Of a DNA stretch of 64,000 bases, positions 1 to 12,586 are shown piece by piece; within the stretch, counting starts at the first letter, position 1; every line of letters starts with the position of its first letter. Source of the stretch: Camelus ferus (taxonomy: Eukaryota); the NCBI RefSeq assembly GCF_009834535.1, contig NC_045717.1:26908001-26972000 (forward strand). The letters are read 5' to 3'. The position numbers and the translations under genes were made by a program. The notes beneath the pieces are model-generated. The model was given only the letters and a program-made list of their open reading frames with translations. It ran no database searches and was not told where the DNA came from.

Positions 1-200
1 CTATTCCCACCATGTTTTGGACAAAAGTTGATTCACTGTAACTCCTATGAACAGAATGACACTGCAGGGAAGTCTGCACTGCTGTTTTTTAATCTCCCAA
101 CATCCCCTCCCCACCAACACCAAGGGCAGCGTGCGGCCGGCCCCCAGGATCGCCCCCAGGATCGGGGAGCTTTCCGTCTTTACATCAAGATCAGGCTGCA

Positions 201-344
201 GGGTGGAGGGAACAGCTCGGTGGCAGAGAGCGTGCTTAGCTTGCACAAGGTCCTGGGTTCAATCCCCAGCACTTCTGTTGAAACAAGTAAGTAAACACCT
301 AATTACCCCCCAAAAAACAAAGTCTAATTAAAAAAAAAAAAAGA
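201..344 (+). mobile_element. tRNA-derived SINE (camelid vic-1 type)
   Basis: A-box AGCTCGGTGGCAGAG, B-box GGTTCAATCC, AAACACCTAATTACCCCCC body, A-rich tail. Confidence 0.85.
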
Positions 345-3300
345 AGACCAGGCCGTGTCGCCCCTGCTTCGGAGGCCAGACCTCCTGCCTGCGGGCCCGC
401 CTTGTGCACAGTGCTCCCTGCTCACAACCTGGCCGGGCCCAGGGCCTCTGCGCTGCTGGCCCCCACCTGGGCCCCCTCCCCCACCCACGGCTCGAGCTGG
501 GCGGCGCCCCCAGCAGCGCCCCCAGCAGGTCGGGGCTCACCTACTCGAGCTCCTTCGGATGGGTTCCTTCCGCTCTTTCTCCCCACCCCCACGAGAGCCC
601 TCGGGGGCAGGCTGGCGATTACGGGTCAGCCGGCGCACAGCAGGCGCCCACTCACGAAGGAAGGGAGGGGGGAGGGGGCACACTTGGGCAGTCGCCCCCA
701 GGTGCATCCTCCACCAAGCTGGCCCCGCGGCCCCCGGCCCCGCTGGTGAACCCCTCCTCACATCATCAGGCGCTGGGAGGCAAGCCCAGGATGACTCAGC
801 AGGGGCGGCTGCTGCCCAGGTGGGCCAGAGCTCGTCCCTGGGGCCCGCTGGCCCCACTCACAGAACCGCCCGTGGCCACAGGGGGAGGTGGGGTGGGGGA
901 TGCACCGGGGCGGCAGCCCACGCCTCCCCAGCCCCTCTCCTCACGCCCACTCTGCACTGGGGAACCTGAGCTGGGAGGAGGCACCGTGCACCTGAGGACC
1001 AGGTCTCAGTCTCGCCCGGGGCAGACTTCAGTAACCGTCCTCTTCCACCTCCACCGAGAGGCCCACAGCTGCCAGCAGGGAGCCTGAGGCCCAGGCTCAG
1101 CGCCTGGCTAGAGACCCAGGGGGCAAGGACCAGGCGGGACAGACAGATGGATGAAGTCGGAGTGACAGTGGGGCTGCAGGAGGAGGTGACGTGGGGTGGA
1201 GGACCAGGAGTCGGGAACCCTGCGTGTCTCCACTCCCAGCAGGGGGGTGGGGCTGGGGCCATGTGATCTGGTCACCAGCTGTGGGGGGCAACGGGGGCTC
1301 CTGGGACTCAGACCCCCCACAGCACAGCATGGGGAGGTCAGGGCCAACTGAGAGTTTGGCCTTGGGATTTCGGCCACGTCAATCCATTCTGCAGCCACGC
1401 CTGAGCACCTTCTGCATGTTAAAGCCTACGCTGGGTGCTGGGGACACCGCAGTGTGCCTGAGAGCCCCAGAAGCCCCTTGGGAGCCCCAGGCCAGCAAGG
1501 GGGACAGGAGAAGTCACACACAGGAGGGGAGGTGGGGAGGAGCAGGCCTCTCCGCTGCAGGACGGGTCAGGGCAGGCTCGCTGGCCGCTGCACACAGCAG
1601 GGGCTTAATCAATGTCTGTGAGGTCTCCTGGCGCACCTGCTGGCTGGGCCACCCCCGCCGGGCGCAGGGCCACGCGGCCCTTTCATTTCCCGTCAGCGCT
1701 CCAGGGCCGCGGGGGCCCCACTGGGCCCGCAGGAAATTGGGGAAGTGATTCTGGGCAGGGCAGAAACATCTGCCCGCGTGGCCACCAACCCACCGCCCGC
1801 CCTCCCGGGCCACCAACCCACACGTGTCCCCTCTCTGAAAAGACACAGCACCTCCACCCACGCCCCAGATATTAATAAAAGTTCCAGAAACGAGTCACGG
1901 AGCCTGACCACGAAGCTGACGATGAAAGGCGCTGCTTCCTGGATTTCCGGGTTAGTGGTTCCAGGGAAGTGCCCTTCTCTCCAGGTCGTGTGACCAGGGC
2001 CCCCGGGGCCTCAGTCTTCCCATCTGTGAAGGGGACAGGGATGCACCTGAAGCGTCCAGGATGGGGATGAGGGATCACGTGGAGCAGACTGTGCAGGGAG
2101 GAGAGTCCGGCTCCGAGAAGATGCGGGGGCACCGAGCAGGGCAGCAGAAGGAGCCACCTTGGTGGCAGCCCCATGTCACAGCTGGGGACACCAGCAGCTC
2201 AGGCCTGGAGGACACATCCAGGATGCAGAGCAAGGGAGAGAAACTTCTAGGAAGGCAGTTGCCCCGTGGTGGCACGCAAATGACATGCAAACCGGGGTGG
2301 GTGGCCTCCAGTCCGCCTGGGAGCCCCCGACCCATCGGCCTGGCTCTGAGCAGACCGCTGTCTGCACGGGAGCCCATTTCACAGAGGTGCTGAGAGAAGG
2401 CTGCGCAGCCAGCCTGGAGCCCAGGGCCAGCCCCTCGGAGCCTCTGGGACGACTCAGGGCCTTGCAGGGCTGCAGGAAGAGGGGTCCTGTTCAAGAGCGC
2501 CTGCCGCTGAGGGCCCCAGGCAAATGCTTTGGGGCCAGAGAGCCGAAGACCCAGAATCTTCTCCCTCCCTGCCCCCACCCCAGTTATGAGCCCAGAGCTC
2601 CACGCTGCTCTCAGGGCATTTCCTACGAGGGTCCCAGGCCCCTGCAAGCCGAACATGACAGCCTCACTACCACTCAGCCGCTGGCTTGGAGTGGCGAGGG
2701 GTCCGAGCCCTGCACCCAGGGCTCAGCACCGGGAATTAAAAATCCCGCCGTGGGGTTTCCTCTGAAGGGAAGCAACCCTGTTTCCCTGCAGAAGAGCTGC
2801 GGGCAGCCCCGAAAACGCTGGGAGGGACTTTCCTAGCGGTGAGGCTGTTCTGAAAGGTCTACCTGGTCAGGGAGTGAGGTCCCAGCCCAGGTTCTCCGAA
2901 GGGAAATGCAACAGCATTAGGGAGCAGGAGGCCAAGTGGTCCCCGCTGAGAGTGCGGGAAGGAAGGGGGCTGCCTCCCGCCCAGGAGTCAAGAGGAAGGG
3001 GCCTCGAAGGGTTCAGGGAGGAGCCTTGGTGAGACCCCAGGCCAAGGGCAGGAGAACAGAGTCCACCCCGCGGTGGCCAGCAGGCTCACAGGGCCCTCAA
3101 GCCTAGCCTCGACTGCAGGACAGGGACTCCGCTCCCCAGGGGCAACTGCTCCAGTGAACAGAGTGGGGCTGAGATCCAAGCTGGGCGGCCCCCCCATCCT
3201 GGGCAGGCAGAGCCGGGGCCCCACACGCCCACCCTGCTCCACCAGGACCCTGGTGGCAGCCAAACACCAGCTCAAATGCTGACCCCATCTTACAGACAAG

Positions 3301-4499
3301 AAGCCGGGCCCAGAAGGCCAACATCTGCACCCCAGCGTGGCTGTCCCGCCCACGGCGACGGCACCGAGAAAGAATAACCCCAGAGGTGCCCACAGACCCC
3401 ACTGCCTGTCCTGTCCAAGAACCAGGCTCTCGGTCAGCGAGGGCGTGGACCAGCCGGGGGGGGGGGGACAGGGAGGGGCCGGGCAGGGTGCCAGCTGTGG
3501 CAGGGCCAGCCGCCAGGCTGCGGGAGGGCAGCAGCGGTGCCCACGCTCGCCGTCCACTGGGCACTCGCTGGGGCCACTCCTGGGAGAAGAGCAGCTGAGG
3601 AGTGATTACGGGCTGATGGGAGGATGGAGGGTGAAGAAAAACGGGGAAGGAGAAAGACAGAGACAGAGACACATGAGGGAGAGAGAAACCAGAGACCCAG
3701 GGACAGAGGGACGCGTCCGGGTTCCGGGCCTGGCTCCCCAAGGGCGAGGCGGGGTGGCCTGGAGGTTCACGCTGGTTCCAGCCTCCAGCAGAGGACCCAG
3801 GCCCAGCCTGAGTCCCCGGTGGGGGAGAACTTAGCGGGCTCGTCAGAAAAGAGGGGAGAGAACAGGAGGCTCTGGTCTGCAGCTGGCAGCCCCTCGGGCT
3901 CGGGGTGCCCCCAGGGCAGGGGGGTCTCACAAGCCCAGAATATCCACATTGGAAGATACTAGTTCAACACCCCTACCGAAGGCGGGGGTTTGAGGGAGTG
4001 CTGTTGCAGGGCAGAGGCCGGGGCGGTCACGGGGACCCCCAGAGACCCCTCACGGGGCAGAAAGGGAAGGTTACGGAGCACCAAGGCCCACAGCCACTCC
4101 TGGTCACTCCAGCCTGGACAGAGATGCTGGACCCCCCATGGACACTAGCAGGACTCACCCCCACCCTGAGGGAAACCCAAGCCCCACTCAGATGGCGCCC
4201 CACGGCCCCCCACCTACTCCACGGCCCCACATGCACACCTACGTGGCCGGCGCACAGACCCTCCCACCCGTCTGGACGCCCCCCCCCTCACAGTCCCTCT
4301 CGATGTGCCCACGGCCCTGCCACCTGGCATGGTCTCCTGGCACAGATGGACACGCCCGTCCAGCCAGACACAGACACACAGACAGACACACCCTCACCCG
4401 CTGGCTCGCAGATAATAGCTCCAGACAGCCTCGGCCGCCCCGCCCAGACGGCCGGCCGGGGCTAGTAAGGAGCAGGCGCTCCGTACTCGCTGTGGGAGG

Positions 4500-4500
<1 letters not shown>

Positions 4501-4550
<50 letters not shown>
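4501..4550. repeat. (AC)25 microsatellite
   Basis: Read directly. Confidence 0.98.
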
Positions 4551-4553
<3 letters not shown>

Positions 4554-4554
4554 A

Positions 4555-4942
4555 GGTTTCCTACATCCCGTGCCCACTGAGCAGGGGTTCATTCCCTCCC
4601 AGTTCTGGAGCCCAGACGTCCGGAACCCAGGGGTCGCCGGGCCACACTCCCTCCGGAGGCTCCAGGGGAGGGTCCTTCCTGCCTCTTCCAGCTTCTGGGG
4701 CCCCAGGCATCCCTGGGCTTGTGGCCCCATCAGCCCAGTTTGCCTCCACTGTCACATGGTTCTCTCCCTGTCTCTGTGTGTCCCTTGCCTTTTCCTAAGG
4801 ACACCAGTCACTAGATTCAGGGCCACCTCCTTCCACTGTGACCTGGCCTTCACTGCGTCACACCTGCAAGGACTCCATTTCCAAATAAGGTTCCATTCTA
4901 AGGACCTGCGCGGACGTGAGTCTGGGGGACACCATTTGCCCC
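4555..4942 (-). mobile_element. MaLR LTR (MLT1-type)
   Basis: CAGTTCTGGAG, CCTTCCTGCCTCTTCCAGCTTCTGG, TAAGGACACCAGTCA, TTTCCAAATAAGG, GGGGGACACCATT. Confidence 0.75.
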
Positions 4943-7900
4943 GACAGACTTCTTCCTGGAACGGGCGGTTTCATTTGCCTCTTCCTCATCGTCGGGAAGG
5001 CAGGGGTCCCTGCGGCCGCCAGCCTGCAGGGCTAGCAGTCGGTGTTGGCTCTGTGCCCTCCCCACCCCCACCGCTCGGCCCCACGGGACCCCCACCAGCC
5101 CTGACCGAGGGGCAGAGCTGCGGCCCGCGCTGGGGCCTTCAGTAGGCAGACTGGTTACCGTTTAACCCTGTGACCCCCAACTGTCCTCTGGCAGAGCGCA
5201 GCCGGGTGAGCAGAGAAGGGCGGTCCACCCAGCCCCCGCACATGCCCACCCAAGGCCCGCGCCCCCAGCTGCTCCCCAGCAGCGGACAGCCTTTGCAAAC
5301 GGGGGCGCTGGGCCTTCCAGAGGGCCTGGGAAGCCCCTCCAAGTCACCGCGGGAGGTGCTGGCTCAGGATCAGAAGACTCAGCAGGTTGAGGGGTCTTTG
5401 CATCCAGCAGGGAAACTGAGGCACAGAGTGGGCGAGCCCTGCCTGCCATACCTTGGCGGCATCCCTGGATCAGAGAGGGTGTGCCCCTGCCTAAAACCAC
5501 ACAGCACGTGAGGGAAGGAGGGGATGGGACTCAGTGGGGGCACCCCTGCAGCCCCTGGGGCTCTGGTCACACCCTGCAGCTCCTGGGGCTACGTCAGCAA
5601 GGCAGCTTGGAGCCTACATGGGCAGGTGCAGGCGGCTGACTTGTGCCTGGGCTGGCCGACTCAAACCACTGACTTGGGGGGGAACGTGGCTGATGGCTAA
5701 TGGGCCCCACTGCCACCTCACGCTTCCTGGGACACGGGGTCAGTGGGGCCAGCGGTGCGCACGCAAGGCTCACACGGCGGAGCACTGGGAGCCCGGCCAC
5801 ACACGTGCGCTCATACACGTGTGCTCACAGACCCCACCACGCACACAGCTGCACGCAAACTAAACAGCCATGGGAGACGGTGGCCCACCACCTGTCACAT
5901 ACAGGCACATGGGACATGCCTGGCGCTGGGCCAACACATCTGGGGTACACGAGCCCAGGACACGTCCATGCAGATTGGGGCCACGGAACAGGGTGTGCAC
6001 GCGGACAGACCCAACACTCCAGACACAGGGACACACATGGCGCTGGAGCTGACAGCTGCCCATAAAGATGCCGCAGATGGGCCACGTGGCCATGGAATGT
6101 ACATGTGCACACACGGGACAGTCGCGACCCCCAGACCCCCCGCCCTGCAAACTCAGACCCTGCCACACACAGAGCCCCCTCCCGAGACAGGGCCCCCCCA
6201 GCCCACAGGGACCCCACGTAACCACCAGGTCCCCACATGTGCCCGGACGCCCTGGTCGGCAGGCTGGACCCCACGTGCTCACCCGCACCCATCCCCGCCT
6301 GGCAGAGAATGTTGGGCACCACTCCCTCTCTCTGGCAGCTGCGTGTGTTATTAGAAAGCGTGGGGAGGGGCCGGGCGCTTGGCAGCGGCCACCAGGGTGG
6401 GGAGCAGCGGTGGGCGTGGGGCCAGGCCGCAGTGGTGGTGACCCCATGGCGGTGACCGGGCGGCTGGGCGGCGGCGCCGGGGCCAGATAAGGTTCTTCCG
6501 GCTGAGTCAGTGTGGCTCCCTGGGCTGGCACGGGCAGGGGCACGGTGCCAGGGGCTGGCAGGCGGGCACCTTCCCCGCGCCCGCCATGGCCCAGCTGGCT
6601 CCATGCCAGCAGCCGCAGCCGCTTTGATGAGGCGGGCGCTGCCCCAGGCGGCTGGGCCGGCCTCCCGAGGGGCTTCCCAGCACTCGTCCCGCCCCCAAGC
6701 TCGGGGCCCAGGGATCCCGCCGCCCCAGGATGACACCCGGCACCCGAGGGACCCAGGGCCTGGCCCCAGGCCCACCCTGTCCCCAACACACCGGATAACG
6801 GTGCTGGGCTCACCTGACCTCCAGCCTGTGCCCAGGGTGTGCCTTCTGCCCTGAACATGCTCCTCCGCCGAGAAGCTCTCACCTTCCCCCCGGCCCGGCA
6901 GGCCCGGCTGCAGCACTGGCCTCTTCCGCTCCTGCCTGGAGCATGGGCCCTGGAAGGGCTCCCCCAGCATCTCTCTCCCTCGCCCACTCTAAAAGCCCTG
7001 CTAAGGCCCCCCATGAGCCCACCTTTGGTTTGCCCAGATGTTCTGCTCACCCCTCCCCCTCCCACTTTACGTCCCAGCCACACTGTTCCAAGGCACGGAC
7101 CCTAACCCTTCTCTGTCCATCTGGCCAACTCTCAGATATCCTGCAAAGCCCCAGCTCCAAATTCCACTCCTCAGGGCAGCCTTTCCCCTAAGCCAGCCCT
7201 GACAGGGCTGGAGTGCCTGGGTCCACTCCTGGCTCCCCAGCCTCCGGGGGCTCCCACGCAGGATGAAGAAAACACCTGCCACCTCCTCCCCAAGCCCTGG
7301 CAAGGCCAGCTCCCAACCCCCACACCACACAACCCCAAGCAGCCCTCATGAGCCCGGAGATGTTCACTGTGGTGCTCAAGTTTACAACAGGGGAACAGGA
7401 AAACAGAACAATGTGCTGGTTTGGGCCCCACAAGGAAACTGCAGCACTAAAAAGGCAACTCAGAACTCAGATAAAACAGACGGACACAGGGCGAAAGTCA
7501 CGTGGAAAAGTGGCAGGACAGCAGGGTCCAGCTCGGAGCCCGCAGCCCCCGAGCGGTCACACCTGGACAGCCGTCAGCCCCACTTCTGTGTAAACGGGCA
7601 GAGAAAGGCCCGGAGACACCACGGCCGATGCCGGCCGGGGCGGGGTGGGGGCCTTTGGGCCTCAGGCCTCCCTGGAACCCCCACAAGAATGGTGCCAAGT
7701 GTTCTTCTGGAATCAAAAAAGGACTTTAAAAATGTTCCTGGTGGAAATGTTGCTGCGATACTCCAGGCTCCGAAGACCAGACTTAGAGGTAATCGCCAAA
7801 AGGAAAAAAAAAAAAAGGACATAGTGTGTTTTCCGTAGTCAGTAAAATTCTAAGTGAGCTGAAAGGACCAGAAAAAAAATGTGACCCCAGCCTCGTGCTG

Positions 7901-8542
7901 AGGACACATCTGAGGCCCCTGGTTTCAGTCCAAGTTGCTGGAGCCTGTCTCTGGGGTACAGAAGGACACCCATGGGAATTCACTGGGCCCCAGGAGGAGG
8001 GGAGGGGCCTGGGTGGGGTCCACGGCGAGGGCGGGGCAGCCTCTCAGGGCTCACTGGTGGCCCTTCCTGCCTGAAGGCCTGTGTATGTCTAGGCCCCAGG
8101 TCCCGAGGCCCTGATGTGGGTCCCTGGACCAAATGTCTCCATTTCAGTTGAGGAAACTGAGGCTCAGAGCGCCATCCAGGTCCCCCCAGACCCATAGCCA
8201 GTGGGCCCCTGGACGTGCAGCCTGCTATGCCCCCAGTGTACCCGGGGGTCAAATCCCAACTCTGACACCTGCCCTGTGTGACTGTGAGCGAGTGGCTTGC
8301 CCACTCTGCGCTTTGGTTTCCTCATCCGCACAGTGGGGGCAGTAGGAGTGCCCTCCCCCCCGCCGTGGGACCAAGTAAGGGTACGTGAGACTCAGAAGAA
8401 GCTCAACCCGCTGCCTGTGCACATTTAGGCGACAAACAACAGCTAGGTTTGTCATCCCTACACCTCTTGAGCTCATTTACAAGTTGTGCTGAGCAGACAT
8501 GACCTTGGAAAGTGGGGAGTGGGGGGGAATATCCCAACATTT

Positions 8543-9395
8543 AATGCAAATCAAAACCACAGTGAGATAGCGCACCACCCCCACCGGACGGCTGGAGTCA
8601 GAGTCATAACCACAAGTGCCAGTGGCGACGTGGAGAAACTGGAACCCTTGTGCGGCTGCTGGGGATACAAAATGCAGCTGCCGCCGTGAACGACCGCAGC
8701 TCCCAGTGGGTTAAATGCAGAGTTCCCGTGTGACGCAGCAGCCCCCCTCCTGGGTACACACATTTGTGTAAAACTCGTACACACGTGTTCATGGCAGCCA
8801 AAGGAAGAAACAACCCAAGTGTCCATTGGTGGACGAGTGGATAAATACAACGTGGTATACGCACATCTAATGGAATATGGGGGAGGGTACAGCTCAGTGG
8901 GAGCATGTGCTCAGCATGCACAAGGTCCTGGGTTCAATCCCCAGTACCTCCTCTAAAAATAAGTAAACCTAATTACCTCCCTTTCCCACCAAAAAAGAAA
9001 AAAACAAAACAAAACAAAACCCGAACGGAATATTACTCAGCCACGAAAAGGAGAGCAGCCCTGACACCCGTTCCCACGTGGACATACCCTGAGAACACGG
9101 TGCTCAGTGAGAGAAGCAGACACAGAAGGACTCCCCACAGCGTGTGAGTCCATGGATGTGAAACGTCCAGAACAGGCCAGTCCACAGGGGTGAACAGTGG
9201 GTTCCTGGCTGCTGGGCTGGGGAGGGGACGAGGGTAGCAGCTAAAGGGGGCATTTTGGAAGGTTTATCTTTGAAGAGATGGAAACATCCTAAGGTTGCCC
9301 GTGGTGATGCCCTACAGCCCTGTGAATGTACTAAAACCACTGACTTGCATCTTCAGTGGGGGAATCGTGCTCTGTGACTTTTATGTCGATGAAAC
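8543..9395 (+). mobile_element. Old LINE-1 (L1M-type) 3' fragment, interrupted by a SINE
   Basis: L1 hallmarks ATGCAAATCAAAACCACAGTGAGATA, AAACAACCCAAGTGTCCA, GGAATATTACTCAGCC, TGTGAATGTACTAAAACCACTGA. Confidence 0.75.
8879..9023 (+). mobile_element. vic-1-type SINE nested in an old L1
   Basis: A/B boxes and tail; flanking AATGGAATAT (8869..8878) and AACGGAATAT (9024..9033) look like a target-site duplication. Confidence 0.88.
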
Positions 9396-12270
9396 TGTCA
9401 ACGGAAGTCCCAGCGTTCACGTGCGTTGTGGAGACTGAGGATTCAAACCCTTAAAAGTGGCTGACAAGCTGTTATTCAGCGTCTGCCGGCTTAAAATTCC
9501 TCGGTGGTACTCTCAAGAGCCCAGGCGCAGCCCTGCTAGTGACCCGAAGCCACCGGGATATCACCAAATGCCACATGTGACCGCAGCAGGCTGAGATCCT
9601 GATCACCATGCGCGACACACGGACCCAGGACAGCAGCGGCCAACTCCGCACACGCCCCTGGGGCCCCACAGCAGTGCTGCTCCCAGCTTTCAAGGGAAGA
9701 TTCCATGGCCATGAGCCTGAAGCTCCTGGCCCCTCCCCAGCCTGGCTGCCCCCCAGACCCCGTCGCCGATGGCGTAATTTCACGGCTGTCGAGGGTTTTT
9801 TGGGCGGAAGTCAGCCCCAGGCCCTGCCAAGACCAGGGAGGAAGAGGCAGAGGTGGTGCCAAGCAGGAGGCTGGCTGGCCTGGCTGCCACGTGCCAGGAA
9901 GGGGGTGGGGCAGGCGCCAGAGTCAACATGGCCCCGACATCTGCTGGGCCGGCTGGGCCCGGGCCACTGTTGACACTGGCTGCACAGGTGCCTGGCCAGC
10001 TGGGCTGGAGGGCAGCGCTGGCTGCTGGACCTGTCACAAATGGACAGGAAGAAGATCCCAGCACCGCAAGGCAGCCCCTCACCTGACCATAACCTCCCTC
10101 AGCCCTCACCGTCTTGGAATCCAGGACCATTCCCTTTGGGACCCAGCCTGGCGGCGTCTGGCCTCCACACACAAGCCAAGCTGCGTCCTACCTCAGGGCC
10201 TTTGCACGGGCCATTTCCTCTGCCAGCTACACCATCATTCCTCCGTGTAGTGCCTGGCACCTCCTACGAGACTAGGCCCAAACGCCATATCCTGAGGGGC
10301 CTTACCCGCCTCCCCAGCTGGGTGCCCAGCCACATCTCGACCCCCCACCCCACCACGACCACCTTGACCTTCCTATCCATTTGCTTACCAACTGTCCCTG
10401 CCCCACAGCAGGGGAGCCGGGCAGCTAGCGGGGACTCCATAGGCACGAGTCTGACTGTGTGACACGGGTCCCCTGACTTCCTCTGGCCTCAATTTCCCCA
10501 TCCACAAATCGACCCTGGGCATCAGCAGGGCGTGATCATCACGTCCCAGACAAGAAGGACGATGGCTCCCGGAGGCCCCTTGTTCTGGACACGCTGAGGG
10601 GGTTGTGAAGTCAGGGCACCTGACCCCTGGACTCTGCCCCGCTGGCCACCTGAAATCCGCCTCCCACCAGCACTGGGCCCCGTGGCTGGGGCTGCTGGGT
10701 GGGGCCAGGGCTGCTGGTCAACCTCCAACCCCACAAGGGCTCTGGTCTGGCCACGACCCTATGAGGTGGCGGGTGTCTATCCAGCTCTGGCCCCCCAGCC
10801 TGGGGCTGCCCAAGAGAGAGATTCAGGGCAGATGGCAAAAATCCAGTGAACCCATAAACATAATTCGCCCGTAAGGTTCCGGTCTGCGTCATTTTGACCC
10901 TGAAGAACGTCAAGAAGCCCAGTTCTGGGAAACCCGCCCCCCCTTGCCTTGCCAGTGTTTTCTCATCTACAGTCCAGATGACAACAGCCCAGCCACGAGG
11001 GGCTCCTTGGGAAGGGGAGGGAAACTGAGGCAGGGAGCTGGGCAGCCCTTAATCCAGGGTACCAGCTCAGGCTGGTGTCCACCCACAGGGGCAGAGCCTC
11101 CCAGGCTGAAGGGTGCGGCTGGCCACGCCCTAAGGAGGTGACGTCTGCTGTGTGTCACTCCACCTCCGGCACCACCACGGTGCCAGGACCCAGCGGGAAG
11201 CTGGGGCCCCACCTAGCCCGAGATGCCTGGGCAGGGGATTAACCCTCCTTCCCATTCCTTGAAGCTGACCTCCTGCCCCCAGGCCTCTGTCCTGGCCATG
11301 CCCACCCCAGGGCACCATCTCCTCCTGCCTAGATATCTCCTATTGCCCCCGTCAGCCTCTGGGCGGTCCCCTTCACGCCGTGCGTCCACTTTCCAGTCCT
11401 GCACTTTACCTGAGTTCCGCTGGGGTCCCGGTGCCCTTTCCCCAAGTGAGGCTGACAGCAGAGGCCCCACACGGTGGCCCGGCCTCCTGCGCCCTCCGGA
11501 GGGTCCCACTGCCCATTCTGGACACCAGCACGGGGAGGGGGGTGACCCAAGGCTGCACACGGTCACCTCCCGGCTCCCATGCACCCCAGATGAGGCTCAG
11601 GCGCCAGGCCGGGGAGGCCAGGTCCCCACCGTCCACTCTCAGAGGTCGGGGCAGGGCCCAGCTGGCCTCAGGCTGGAACACAAGCCCAGCCGGCCGCCCT
11701 GGCCGCCATCTGGTTTCCATCTGCCCGGCCCAACTTCAAAGGATCGGCTGCCTGGCCACTTCCTCTGCCCTGGCCGCCCGCGGGGAAGGCACCCGGGCGC
11801 CCGCTTCCTCCCCACCCCTCCAGAGCCCCAGGGAGCCACCATCCGCGGGGCTGTCCGCACTGACATGGCCACCCTTGTCTCAGCCCAACCTCCACAGCCG
11901 CAGCCCGGAGAGACCAGCCTCCACACAATGACAAGGCCTCTGGCCCCGCGTCCCTGAGCCCCGGCCGCTGCCGCGGGCCTCACCACGACCCACAAGGGGC
12001 CCCGGCCAGTCACACGGCCTGAGGAGAGGCCATTTCCCCATCGGGTGCTGGCGCAGACACCCAAACTCCACCGCCCACCTTGTGTCCTCACGTATCCACA
12101 CATCCGCGCACCTAACGGCCGGCCCCGCCCACCCACAGGATACAATCTCCCTTGTGGCTCCTACAGGATCCCCAGAGCCCAGCCCGCAGCCAGCAAATGC
12201 CCTGCTGTCCTGGGCCAGTTAGAAGGACCCCAGCAGCAACCTCGTGCCCCCATTTTGACGCACAGCCCAC

Positions 12271-12586
12271 CTGCTTGAACTGCTCCTCGTACGTCCAGTC
12301 CCCATGGTCAGGCGGCTGCAGCTGGGGCGCTATGTGGGCAGCCCCTCCGGGGTGGGCCGGGCCAGCCCCCGGGCGCTCCTGGCTGCCCAGTGCTCTCGGC
12401 CCGCCATCGCCGCGGAAGGCCTGGAGCGGCTGGGCCTTGCGGGGGAACAGGGCTGTGGGGCCGAGGCCAGCAGAGCCAGGGGGCCCAAGCCCCTCCTCCT
12501 CCCCGTAGTCCTCGTCCTCCTCGTCCTCCTCCTCGTCCCCGAGATCTTCCTCCAGCTCCTCCTCCTCGTCTTCCCATTTTGGCTTC
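12271..12586 (-). CDS. ARID3A: ARID3A exon 3 (316 nt, acidic tract)
   Basis: Acceptor ccccag|GAAGCCAAAATGG; donor AAGCAG|GTGGG. Confidence 0.95.

Noticed and set aside
5760-6260. CA-rich tracts with many CACGTG-like E-boxes (similar at 4200..4400 and 49180..49325)
   Set aside because: Degenerate (CA)n simple sequence generates these motifs; no evidence of organised function.
5825-7083. Long ORFs of 381 and 407 aa on the - strand inside ARID3A intron 3
   Set aside because: Low-complexity G/P/A/R composition, no recognisable domain; long stop-free frames are expected at this GC content.
8544-8551. Octamer ATGCAAAT in ARID3A intron 3
   Set aside because: Part of the standard L1 sequence ATGCAAATCAAAACCAC.
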